Made by a program: the position numbers and the translations under genes. This document shows positions 37,825 through 49,749 of a stretch of 64,000 bases of DNA, piece by piece. The notes under the pieces were generated by a model. The model saw only the letters and a list, made by a program, of their open reading frames with translations, searched no databases and was not told where the DNA came from. Position 1 is the stretch's first letter. Each line of letters starts with the position of its first letter. This stretch comes from Haplodiscus bocki (Eukaryota): positions 76,446,001 to 76,510,000 of the forward strand of contig OZ296650.1 of NCBI GenBank assembly GCA_965655095.1, in the 5' to 3' direction.

Positions 37825-39249
37825 GAACAATCGAAGGTCCCGGTGCGTTACCTCACAGGAAGGGAATGCACTGTTTTGGCATGTAATCTCTCCGTACCGG
37901 AACGGAATTTGAAAGGTCCTGACTTGTCTGATTGTCATCGGGTTTGATCGGATGATAAAACACGAAGTCGCGTGTTTGGCCCGCCCTAGGACCTCTTAGT
38001 GAATCAACGCCTAAAGTTGAACTCGAAACAACACCACTCCTACACCATCCACCATTTGAACCGACATTGAATGAAGCCGCAGTGGAGGCGCAACTGGAGA
38101 AGGATTCGTATAGATCTGCTGAGTTCTCGTTTGTGATGGAACCGTTGAAAACGCCAGTAGAATCATAGTTACGACAAATAGTCGAGGTTACCAGGGAAAT
38201 TGTTAAGAGCTACACAATAGCCATGATGTTTGACGGAATATTTGCAGTAAATTAGAGTGAGGAGAGTGTCATGTTTAGTTTTGTTTTTTGCTTTCGTACC
38301 TCTCACGTATGTTTGAATTTTGATCTAAATGTAGTGTTCCAAAGACACGTTGATAAACGCTTGAGAACAGCTGTTGTTTTACTTTAAAAAAGAGACAAGC
38401 ACATTCTTTCTCTACAATGGTTCCTCATTTCAAGAAGATGCATGGCAGAAAAACTTTCTTTTAGTCATTGATAGAAAACACTTCAGGTCAGAAGTAGAAT
38501 ATTTTGCTTTGCTGAAACCACCTTGGACGCAGAAACCTCATGATGAATATTCTTTTATGGCTAGTGAAATGTATACGTTAAATGTCACCATGGTTACATA
38601 AGAGACAGGTAGCGCGTTTGAACCTGTCAGTGGCCGTAATTCTAAATGTTTGCGTAGTGGCTCAGAAATCATCAAATTCTAAGAGAAGATAGGTCGTGGT
38701 CTAGGAAAGGTTAACATCTTTTTGGTCAGCTTGAAAAAATGTCAATTTTTCTGAGAAAAATCGACGAAGTGTCTAAACAGTTTTTTTCAAAATAACGTGA
38801 GAGAAGACAGTTGACTTTTTTTATTGCTTTTTGTTATCAGTTTTAATCAAAAAAAGTTTCGCAAAGGATATAATGTGCGAATTTCCCCTTCCAATTTTTT
38901 GAAGGAACGTGCACTCTGGGGTCAGATTGTGAAAAACTGGTTATTTTTGAAAATCTCTGATGTTTGGTTTCAACTCTAACGGCGAGTGTTGCCGAAAAAA
39001 CTGTTAGAAGCTATCTTGCTTGCAAAAAAACTTTTTTTAATTTTTGGCCCCCAATAGACCGAAGTTGGCAAAAAAATTCTCTCAGTCAAGCCGTATCTTC
39101 AGAGTCTTAGATATTTCTTTTTCAACACCACCAAACTCATTTTGACCGTCCTGTTAAACCATTTGATAAAAAAACTGTTGCTTTTGTTCCCTGCTTCTGG
39201 ATCCCAATAGTTCGAAGGTGCCAGTTAACTTTTCAAAATGGAGAAGTTT

Positions 39250-40150
39250 GAACATTCTCGCCCAGTTCAAATCCAGGCTATACAGTCTTGATTTATTTCC
39301 TTGGATAACAATTGTCTGTTTTTTCCATGTGTCAGGTTTTTGAATGAACATATCATTATTTGTTTTCCCCAAGTCAAACTTTTGAAAAATCAACACATCA
39401 GAAAGTGCCTAAAAGTTTGAAATAACTTTTTTTGTGGTCACATTACTCAAAAACATACAATTTTTTTTGCGCAATCAAGACCCTGAGCAACTTTGGCAGG
39501 TTTCACAAAAACAGCTCCATCAAAAACCAATGGCTTTTTTGATGGGTTTTAAACCATGAAAGTCCAAAGTGCCCAAGGACACTAATATCACAGGCTTGCA
39601 AACAAGTCCTTCCATACAACAGGCTTGATTGTTATCATCAGAGCTCCAAAGGAAAGCTTCCTATTTTTGGTGGATTTTGAGTTTCAGAACCCATTGATTT
39701 TGTTTTGTGGGCAAGAAACTTGACAGACCGGTAGTTCCAAGCGTAGGACAGCTTTACACAAATCTGGATTTTCAGAGTCAACCTTCTTCAACGCCTCCTG
39801 CTTCATTTTTTCGACCATCTTGTCCATCGAAAACATCCCACCGTACAGTGACTAGTGGAAAGAGAACTTTTGAGAACTCTTGACTTTTCTTCTGCTCTCC
39901 GCTAATCCCGATCTTCAAACTGTTTTTCTCCAAAACCACAGTCTCGATTCCTCGCAGCAAGGTGTCCATCAAAATTTTCCGAAAATTTTACGCGCGTGTG
40001 ATCAGTAGAGCAACCATGTTTTTCGTTGGAATCATAAAAGGCCCAAAGTTACAATGAGGGTTTTCTTCTGGATGTATTTCGGTTTTTCAAGCTCAATTTC
40101 ATCCAAGACTTTAAGCTTTGTCTTTCAGTTGAGGACTCAATCGACAGCTT
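39250..40150. repeat. Relic monomers of the same satellite family
   Basis: Anchor-like motifs cagtcttgattt (~39283), aggcttgattg (~39621), tgcttcattttt (~39798), agtctcgattcc (~39940) and agctcaatttc (~40090), spaced ~140-180 bp or double that. Confidence 0.45.
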
Positions 40151-40349
40151 TTGGATTTGATTATAGCTTTTCTGATTGAAAAGACATTGATTTTTTTTCA
40201 TCCTATGGAACTTTGAGTGAACACAAATAGCAGAAAGTGCTCAACGTCTTGTTCTAATTGTACATTCAAACTCATAGTTCTTTAACTCGACCTGCCTAAT
40301 CCTCCCCCAAGAAAAGCTCAAAGGACGGACCTTTAGCTAGGGAACACTT

Positions 40350-43300
40350 TTTATTTTTAAAACCGTGAGTTGCTTTTATCCCAATAGTTGTAGTATTAGT
40401 TCAAAATTTTGAGCAACGGTCAACGTTTTCTACCCATTTGTCAGTCAAAATTGGGTGGGTATTTATACTTGATTTTGCAGTGTCCACATCTGCATGAGAT
40501 GCTCCATGTACATTTGTGTGCCGGTGGGTTGTATTTTTCCTGAAAAAGCAAATAGCACATGGTCAGTAAGTCTTTTGTCGGTCCTACACCTTTATATTCC
40601 CTCAAGACAAAGTTGTGTATTGTCTTTGTCCGTCTGAGGGACTCATCGTCTGTTTTCCTGAGTTTGCTTATCTTGATTAAAAACTCTGCTCTTTCCACTT
40701 GCCTTGCTGCTACAGCACTCCTTGTTTCATCATATATGTCAAAATTGAACCTGTTTTCAATCGATTTTACCAGGCTGAGCAAGTCATGCATTTCCATTCA
40801 ATGTCACAGGGGTACACACAGTGCCTTCAATGTAATCTACATTCGTTGACCAGATCTACTTTAGTGTTTTTTCCGGATCTTCTCAAGTTTTTTCGTATTT
40901 GCTCTGTTTGGAATCCCACCTTCATATGCGTATGTGACAATGGGCACCAAATTGCCCGTGCACGCATTGAGATTTGTCGTCCAGTGTGCTTTTTCGCTCA
41001 AATTTTGCTTTAACAGATGCAGTTCATTCATTCCTTCCGAATATCCTTTCTTGCCGTTGTTTGTCCAAATAAGACAGTTGTTGACAAAGATGCCGAAATC
41101 TTTTTGCCATTTCCTAACTTGTACGGGACTTCCATGCAATATCGCAATCATTTCGCTTTTAATGTTCATAATTTTGGTCTTGCTGTTACTGACTGACTTC
41201 TGATTTTTCCTCTAATACATTCCCAGTAAAGCTGTAGTCTCAAGACAAGGAGTCCTTGTTGATTACAGCTAACTGCCTTGTAAACGTCGGCACAGCTATA
41301 TCTGTGATCCTGGGGTATTGTTTTTGGTAGATTAGTTACGTACAAGAGGAAAGGTAGGGGTTCTAAAACCAGCACTTGGGGGACACCACTAGCTACAATT
41401 TGCACAGTGGACATACTATCATCAATTTGGACAAATTGAACTCTGTTGGTGAACTATCACGCAATTAAAGTCAACAGGCTTCCACCAATGTCAGAAAGTT
41501 GTCGTTTTTGTAACAGAAGCTCATGCACAACCGTATCAAAGGGCTTGGCCGAATCTGAATATGGTACAGTGAGTTCATCATGCGTATCGTCGTCATACAA
41601 TTCAAACAGTTTGTCCAGAAACACCAGTTGCTGTAGCGTTGCAGAACATTTTTTTCCAGAAGCCATGTTGCGTTGCGTGCAGTTGATCACGAACTAGTTC
41701 ATTGATTGCATCAAATATTATCTTTCCTGAAGTCTTTGAGCATTAAGACGGAGGACTTTTTGGACGATAACATGTGACGTCTGCTTGGTTACCTTCCTTA
41801 AATATCATAGTTATTTCAGCTAGTCTCCAAGTATAGGATAGGTACATTCAATCAGACAAGTTTGAATGATCATTGCGACCGATAAATGAAGGGTGTGAGA
41901 GCACTGTCCCAAGACAAGGTTTCCAATCTGGTTTTGTTCCAATGAATTGTTTTGTTTTAAAGTATTTGAACACATGCCAACTGCCTTAAAAAAACCTTGA
42001 CTTCAAAGAAATGGTTCATTGCAGCTTTTCTGTTGGGGAAATATTTTTTTCTTCAAAAAGCGAGTGAAGTGGTCATTGAAAATGTTGCATTCGTCTTTTT
42101 CACTTGATGACTCCATGTTTTCAGGTTTCACTACAAAGGGGGGTGATCACAGTTTTACTGATGCTTTTCAGAAACCGCTGCTTTTAACTGAATGTTCTGC
42201 TTGGGTAAACTGATTCTTCAAATTACGCCAGAGCATTTTCCTATTCATCGGAAGCTTGTTTTCCCAGCTTCCCCTTTTAGAAAAATGAAATCAGAAAAGG
42301 TTTTTTTCTCTCCAACGTGTTGAGTTTGTCATAAAAATAGATATCCATCGCTGAAGAGCAGCATACTGTCCGGTAACTCTTGGTACGTTCCTATCAACTT
42401 TCTCCTATAACCATTCAAACCAGAGAATGACAAGGTAGTCTACGTTACTGTAGCAATATAGTTAAGACGGTGCAGTCTCAATCCAGTCATTAAAGTTTTG
42501 CCTGTCTGTTTTATTGAAGGCATATCTCTTGTACGATCATTGAGGAGATGTCTTACTTAGACAAGTGACTCGCTTCTCACTGATCAGTGGCCAGAAAAGT
42601 ACTCTTTTTTCCAATTTACACTACCATATAACAAATGGTCATTGCCAAAATCTATAATAACTTCATTGCAGTTGCACAGATCAATGTCAAGCTGGGAAGC
42701 AACTTGCTTGTGATGACAGCTTCATCTCCATATGTTTTTCCTGGTTTTTTCTACGTGCGGAGTTTTGGCGGACATTGTTTCCAATTTCGTACCTGCAATT
42801 TTAAGATCTCCAATTGTTTTGAGCTAACAGTTTCTCCCTTGCCTCATTCCTTCAAGTTCCTCAAGTAAACAAACAACTTCAACAGTTCTCTACAGGTACG
42901 CGCTCTGCGCATGTACATTGTAATAACAGCTTTCTGAAACGTACCAGTTTTCTGACATCAGTTGGACTTCTAACACATTAGATTTTTTTGATAGGGCAGA
43001 AAATGATCGCAATTTTCTGTTATTTCGAACTGCAATGGTGACAACACCATGTCGTGTTTTGTGCGTTTCAGTAGCTTGTCGTCATTGCGGTAAGCTTGGT
43101 AGCCATGCAATAAAGGGCACTGTGATCAGCCATGCTTTAGCAATACACAAGAAGTCGAATTGGTTTGAGCAATTTCCTATACGAAAAAGGTTCTTCTGTG
43201 TATATGCAATAGACTCCTTACGTTGGAGCTCAGAATGTCCAACAAGGATTGTCGTTGTCCTTCATTTTCTGGATGACTTGAGTTATCTTCATTTTTAACC

Positions 43301-44940
43301 TCGCCTGGACCTGCTTGTTCTTTATCCCCCGTGGCTCACTCGATTTTCACATGGATTTCAAGCTCAACGTTCCGTTCTGTAACCAATTTGTTGTCTGTTG
43401 CATCATCAGTGAGTTCCGTGCTCAGCTTCAGACGCCCATGTTTTTCTGGGGGTCTTCTAGTTTGAGTTTTGGGCTGAGGTAAGCTGGTGCGTTATCTTGT
43501 TGGTTCTCAGTTAGCTTAAGAGTGGATATCACGATCAATTCTTTGATCAAGCTGCTTAACATGTTGAAGAGTATAGTTGACGGAGTGATTCTCTTTCGAT
43601 TGAAACCTCCAATACCTTCCGCTAGGTTTCTGATTTCAAGCTTCTGAAATTTTAGAATATTGTTAGTCTCACCTAGGTCAGCGAGATCTCGCTCGTGTGC
43701 GGACGTCGTGCAGTTTTCTAGAATGTCAGGAGCTCGACTTCTAAGTGCCAGTTGAACCGCGTTTGTAGAGATGACTCTCTCGCACGACTCACGTTTCGAA
43801 GCACAGTGTGGGAGCTTTTTCAATTTTGTTTGATCGTTTGGATGTCTCTCTGAACGCTCGAAATTCGGTTACTCGATCGTCCCTTTTTTCCAGTCCATCC
43901 TATCATATGCTGCTGCAATTCTTTCAAATGAGCGTCTATTTTAAATGTGGTCAAGTTCTATGGAAAGACCTCAGATTTATGAGGATTGCAGTCAAGGCAG
44001 AGTCGACTAAATCTGCTTCAAGATTTATCAGGACTTCGGTGCTATCAACATCGAACTTAGTGGAATCTGTTTTTAGGTGTAGCTTATTGCTGAAGAAACA
44101 CTGCAGAACTCGTAGCCAGTTTTGAATTTCTTGTCATATGTAGCACAAGTGTCTCTCAATTCGAAGTTCAACCTTACAGAAATAGCAAAATCAAAGCAGG
44201 AGATTGTTGGTTCGACCCTTCCTTGGTGGAAAAATGTGAAGTCCAATGTCACCTCACGGAGCTCTAGGTGTTCAAGGTTTATGTTACGTACCTGGTCAAC
44301 TACCGTCCCAAGATCCGAGAGCACATTTCCACTTATCTCGTGGACACAGGTTGTATGGTATGTTTCTTTTGTCCTTCAAGACTTTGTCTTATTGTTCGCA
44401 AAAAAACTTTTTCTGAGATGATGCAGGTTCGAGCGTTCTCTGGCGTTCAAGTGAGTTTCGACTCTTGGGATAAATTCCTTCTTACCTGCGAGGTAAATAC
44501 TCACACTTGTGAACTTCCAGAGCTTCTCGGTTTTTTTCGTCGGACCCCACCTTGCTGGCTCCTCGGCGATGTTGTGAGCAGTTGAACTCTAAATTTGTTT
44601 TCTTTTCGGGAGGCTTCACCTGAATATCAACATTATCTGCAAATAGATAGGGGCAGTCTCCGACCTCTTCAAAAATTCGCTCATTTAATACAAAGAAATT
44701 GTAACCCTGATAGGCCGGTTGTTGCAAAATATATAGAGATGGCTCGAAAACTCATCCGTCTCGAAAACCAGATCTTCGTTGTTTTCCATCAGGGTGTCAT
44801 TTGGAGGTTTTTTCTGAAATCTGTTGACGACGATAGATTGAACATTCTATTTTCCTCAGAGTGCAGTCTTGTGCCAAAAAGTTGAAAACAAAGTGTTCTG
44901 TTAGTCTTCCTTATTCACTTTTACTGATAATTCTCAGACA
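40350..44940 (-). mobile_element. Degenerate near-full-length non-LTR retrotransposon (LINE, CR1/L2-like): ORF1, APE endonuclease, reverse transcriptase
   Basis: RT motifs: SATLQQLVFLDKL..YSDSAKPFDTVVHELLLQK..IGGSLL (41457-41690) and VASGVPQVLVLEPLPFLLYVTNLP..SCADV (41166-41414, decayed YADD). The C-terminus CTWSISCRCGHC is in 40441-40797. APE-like fragments lie at ~42600-43200 and an ORF1-like segment at 43428-43823. Many stops and frameshifts. The element ends are approximate. Confidence 0.85.
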
Positions 44941-45047
44941 ATTGGCTTCAAATCTTTCATGAAGGTTCGTATCGGTGACTATCTTTTTTCAAAGAGGTCA
45001 AAAATGGGCCTGTATGTGAAAATCATGTGGTGTATGTTGTTTCAATC

Positions 45048-45050
<3 letters not shown>

Positions 45051-45126
<76 letters not shown>

Positions 45127-45135
45127 TGTGTGTGT
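45051..45135. repeat. Compound microsatellite (TC)~19 (GT)~23
   Basis: Directly visible; one GA interruption in the GT tract. Confidence 0.99.
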
Positions 45136-46139
45136 AAAGGAAATTATCGTAGTGCGATCGCTTCTTGTTTATACTTCTAAATTACATTTCCTTTTGACAT
45201 TATTGCTATTTTAATTACCTGGAAGTACCCAAAGTTTGAGCTGATTGAATGAATGCCGGAGTATGATTTCTTTTCGAAAAATTGAACAGTGTCGGAATTT
45301 TATCCACTAAGCAGAGAATTGAATTTGATACCTAATCTTAGTACATTTACTTCTTAATCGGGTATCCCTTTATGGGAACAAGTTGATTTTTATAAGATTG
45401 TAAACAGTCAGGAGCTCTCAATTTTTGAGAGTAATGAGTAGATTGAGGGCATCTTGTGAGTGAATAAAATGTAAATACTATTGCTGTTGAAGCCACTTGA
45501 ACTATCAAAACTTGCGATACATCGAAACTGTTCTCGTAATACTTGTGAACACAAAACCTGCAAACTGCTAATAATCCCGGAATTTTCTTAACTAACTCCA
45601 TTGGAAACTAGATTAAGTTCCAGGAAACGTTTATTTCAAACGTTTCAGGCTTTCTGATTTTCTGTTGTTTTCGAGTATTGCACTCATACGTGTCATCCGA
45701 ATTTCCTCTCACAACACGGAGCCGGATTCTTTTGTGACGCTAATGCATCTTCAGTTATGTCCATTTCAATTGAAATTTTTGTAAAAACTTGGTAGTCTTA
45801 CCATTAGATTTGAATTTTTCCCAACACTATTCAATGTTTCATACAAATTCTGAAAAGAAGAGAAAATTTCTATTGTTTCAAAAATACAGGGATTTTTTTG
45901 ATGACGCTGAATTGAATTTTTGTTAAGGAAGCTATAGTCATCATATTTAACTGAAGAAATAGAAAATAAATTTAAAATAGAAATTGACATGGAAATCACA
46001 GCTTTTTATATGTAACTTAAACTAATTGGTTAAATTCGCCTTTCGGACGTTTTTTCGTCTATCTGTTATTTCAGGGTAGTGAATGAACAAACTGACAGGG
46101 TAGTAAATTCAGCTCTGACAATACCTTGTTTTTGATGAA

Positions 46140-47705
46140 ATGCTACTTCAACGAAAACGGGAAGCTTTGCTGTTACTTGCTAAGGATTTGGAAAAATGTA
46201 TGGGCGAACGCGACCATTTACGGGCCCTAGTTAAAAAATTTGTCGGCGCCTGTCAGTGCGCAGCTGCAACGCTACTGGAACACGAGACTAAAGCTACGAC
46301 GTCGACTAGTGGTGGCGGTGCTGATGCTAACAGAGAAAGAGAATTCGAGCTAAGGAGACAGAAGTCCATGGTAGATGAGCTGATTAAACAAAAGAAAGGC
46401 TTGCAAGGAGAAGTTCGAGAATTGGAAACCAATTTGAGTGAAGCTCAGGAAGATATCAAATTATTGCGCCAAACGGTTGCTAGGCAACGTGTGGGGTCAA
46501 CTGGTAATTCCTCAGTTGGTGCAAAATGTTCTGTCGACTCTGAAAGTGAAACTCTAGAGAATTTGATTTCACAATTGGAAAGTGTGAAACAAAGGAATGA
46601 AGAACTGGAACAAGAAATGTTCAATTATAGAGAACAGTCCAAAGAACAAAGTACTGAGAAAGAATTCTTTGTCAGTCGGAGTGAGCGTTTAAATACAGAA
46701 TTGAATTATCTTTTGTCTGGCGATTCCGATAAAGCAATCGTAGATATAGATGCACTTGCGTTAGAAAACAATCATCTAAAAACTCAAATCGCTCAACTGC
46801 AATGTGAGAAAAATATTCTAAAAGATCATTACTTGAAATTGAAACAATCTTTGACCAAACCAAAATACCCTAAGAAAACAGACAAAAACTTGTTTCGAGA
46901 TGTTTCACAGAAGACTGAAACAGTTGTAGATGGAGGTGAAATCACGACTCAAAAGATTTTGTCAACCAAAGAGGTTCAGCAGTACTTGACGGGGCCGAGC
47001 AGCAAACATTTTCCAGTGAATGCTAGAACTATCGAACAATTGCATACTCTAGCTTTGTCATTAACTGAAACAATCGAAGAAAGAAATGTGGCTTTATCGC
47101 ATCAAAAAAGCACCAACAAGGCATTAGGTCATCGTGTTTCGGAGTTGGAGAGCAAGTTGAGAACAATTGAAAGCAGTGGCCTCTGGTGTGCCGCTAGGGT
47201 GCGACAAGATAGAATTCTTTGTATCCAAGAAGAGCTCACTGATATTCTAAGCTGTGAGAAAGAAAGTGATGAAGAAACTGAAAGGGAAGCCAAGACGTTG
47301 TTCAAACATTACAGTTCCGAGGAGAGCAAAACTTCCAACACAACATGTAGTCATAGATGTGCAATTCATACAGCTTCTGGCACTGCAAAAGTAGCTCAGT
47401 CTAGAAGCGAATCTCTCAGAATTTTTACCGAGGATCTGGATCCGTTAGCTCAGGAGAAAGCAGTCGAGATGTCGAGATCTGCACACGGCAAAGAAGTTCT
47501 AGAGAAGTTTCTTTCAAGTATTGATTCCCATTTATCCCAAGAGTTGGATGAAAATGTGTTAGATGATCCAGTAGAACAATCTAAAACAAACGTTAATTCT
47601 GTCAAAAGTGAAAACTGGGGGCGACATGGAACTCAATCAGGAAGTCAGGATGACGGAAAAGATCCGTTGGTGGAAAGAGAGCCTTTCGAAGAAGTCCATT
47701 TTTGA
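46140..47705 (+). CDS. CCDC149: Coiled-coil domain-containing protein 149 (DUF2353 family), single-exon ORF, 521 aa
   Basis: Uninterrupted ORF with blocks matching my recollection of CCDC149: KREALLLLAKDLEKC..ERD, EAQEDIKLLRQTVARQRVG, ERLNTELNYLLSG..IVDIDALALEN, LALSLTETIEERNVALSHQKSTNKALGHRVSELESKLRTIESSGLW. An in-frame TGA lies upstream at 46116. Confidence 0.92.
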   Translation: MLLQRKREALLLLAKDLEKCMGERDHLRALVKKFVGACQCAAATLLEHETKATTSTSGGGADANREREFELRRQKSMVDELIKQKKGLQGEVRELETNLSEAQEDIKLLRQTVARQRVGSTGNSSVGAKCSVDSESETLENLISQLESVKQRNEELEQEMFNYREQSKEQSTEKEFFVSRSERLNTELNYLLSGDSDKAIVDIDALALENNHLKTQIAQLQCEKNILKDHYLKLKQSLTKPKYPKKTDKNLFRDVSQKTETVVDGGEITTQKILSTKEVQQYLTGPSSKHFPVNARTIEQLHTLALSLTETIEERNVALSHQKSTNKALGHRVSELESKLRTIESSGLWCAARVRQDRILCIQEELTDILSCEKESDEETEREAKTLFKHYSSEESKTSNTTCSHRCAIHTASGTAKVAQSRSESLRIFTEDLDPLAQEKAVEMSRSAHGKEVLEKFLSSIDSHLSQELDENVLDDPVEQSKTNVNSVKSENWGRHGTQSGSQDDGKDPLVEREPFEEVHF

Positions 47706-47876
47706 GGTTCTCAGAATAATTGTTCAAAGTTCGCATGAATCAAAAGAAAAACTTTCTCAAGTCCGCTTTGCAGATGTCAAAAAGAACTTCAAATGCAGTT
47801 TGATTTTCCTATTTAGCAAAGGTCACGATTTAGACCTATGAAGCATTACATTCAATCAACCCTATCTCCAGGTAAA

Positions 47877-47910
47877 AATAAAAAATTTTCCGAGGTGCTA
47901 TCACAATAAA
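47877..47910 (+). terminator. Candidate polyadenylation signals for CCDC149
   Basis: AATAAA at 47877 and 47905, ~170-200 bp after the stop, followed by a GT/T-rich stretch. Confidence 0.4.
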
Positions 47911-49749
47911 TGCTACTTAATTGGCTGTTTTGATTTTCCTATTTAAGCTGCTAATATGTGCAATTCCATCACAAATGCAATCCAGTGGTTTGTGAGCTTT
48001 ATTATGTAATATTTGGATACCATGCTTCGTTTTAATTCTAATGGTTCTAGTTCTAACTTTTCCTGAAAATCTTCAATTAAAATTTTATCAACAATGATTT
48101 GTCCCTAACAGTGTTGCTCGTGAAGCTAATGTAGGTTGTACATAATGTACAAATTAGATTTCGCCACATATTTTATTATGGAAGCAAATCCGCGTGCGTT
48201 TTTTAGTCGGCGATTAATAAAAAAGACCGAATTTTGCAGTTGCTGGTTTTTTTCACCGTGTATTTGGCGAAAATAACTCAATAGTTTGTACGCAACCAAA
48301 AGAAGATTGGTCATAGCAGTACAGAACTTTCAAAATAGCAAAGTGTCCCTCTGTGAATTTTTTCAACTTTGTAAGATAGAAAAAATCAACCAAAATGTGA
48401 TACTATACCGAAAATTTCTGAAATACATGACAAAAAAGGAACCTCCTACAAAATTTTTAAGGCACTGCAAGACAGAACAATTCATCCAAAATATGTTCAC
48501 CAAAATTTTCTGAAAAACCAAGTTTCAAAATTTCAAATGGTCCTCCCATAAAGTACACCCGAATTTGGACCTTCCCGACTTGTTTTTGCGTAAACTCGCC
48601 AATTGCTGTATTTGAGCAAAATTTCATTATTGCATGTGAAAATTTTAGCAACTCTATAAGTTGCTTGTTGGATTTCATCGAAAAGTTTCACAACACACTG
48701 CGCGCTGTGGTCTGAAGCTTTAGGTACGGGCTCGAATCCCGGTCTTCACCCTTATTTTTTTTTACTTTACTAATGTGATTAGAAGGATCGTTTTTCCTAC
48801 TGCAATCAAAACTATTTTCCAGCGAAGTTTTTGTCGCAAAAATTCGAGAAAAATATGCAATTCAGTAGTGGAAATTTGCAGAATTTGCCAATGTCTCGCA
48901 GACTTCGTGTCGCAGACTTGTTGGCGTCTTGTGTAAGACCTATAGACTCACGGGGTTTAGGTAGCCTGCAAGTTCGTATCTTTTTACAAGCCGGTTTTGT
49001 TTTTAGATCGATCATACATTGTATTCTTTTTCTCCCAAATATCTTCTTTTTCGATATTTTCTTTCGAGGTTTTTTGGCCAACCCGCTTCTGTTTTCCCAA
49101 AAGTCTCCTTTATGTACTGAATTCAAACAATTCAACCCTCTTCAAATTTTCAAAAAATTGAACTTATTTTCGTCTCTCCAATAATTCGAGTTACCGAAAA
49201 ATAATTCATTTTAGAAAAAGATTTTCCAGTTTAAACTCCGAAAGGTTTTCTCAAAAACTCCTTCCGTAGCTGTATTTTGTTTTTTTTTCTGAGCCCTCAA
49301 CACTGTGAAAACAACTCGTAAAGAAGTTGATTGAAACATTTTGTTGTGTAATCCCTACAGTCCGACGCAGCAGAAAAAGTTTCTGGTGTTTTTACAACTG
49401 AAGAAACGATTTCCCGAGGAAGTTTCAGATGTAGTTTTTTTTTACATCCAAATTCTCAAAAAGCTTCATTTTACAAAACCAATGTTCTAAAATGTTTTTA
49501 TTTTCTCAATTTCAATCAAATATTTTCTTAAAGATAGCAATATAGTTTCAATGGGGCCGATTTTCGCGTTTTATTATTATTGCCCAGTTATGATGGTCTG
49601 AAAGTGACAGAAAACGCCCAAATTCCTGATTTGAGTAAGTTTCTAAGGATTCTTTTCAATTAATCACTCAATTCCTCCTATCTAAAGCTTCATCAAAAAC
49701 CTATTGTATGCAAATTGATTTAACAAGAAATTTAAACTGGCCACTCAAT

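Noticed and set aside
37573-37947. ORFs spanning the N run
   Set aside because: Artefacts of translating across the assembly gap.
45595-46000. RFX X-box upstream of CCDC149 (GTTCCAGGAAAC, TTGACATGGAAAT)
   Set aside because: Neither fits the full two-half-site consensus; such partial matches are expected by chance.
48109-48700. hAT-like MITE bounded by CAGTGTTG...CACACTG
   Set aside because: The inverted match is short and imperfect and there is no target-site duplication.
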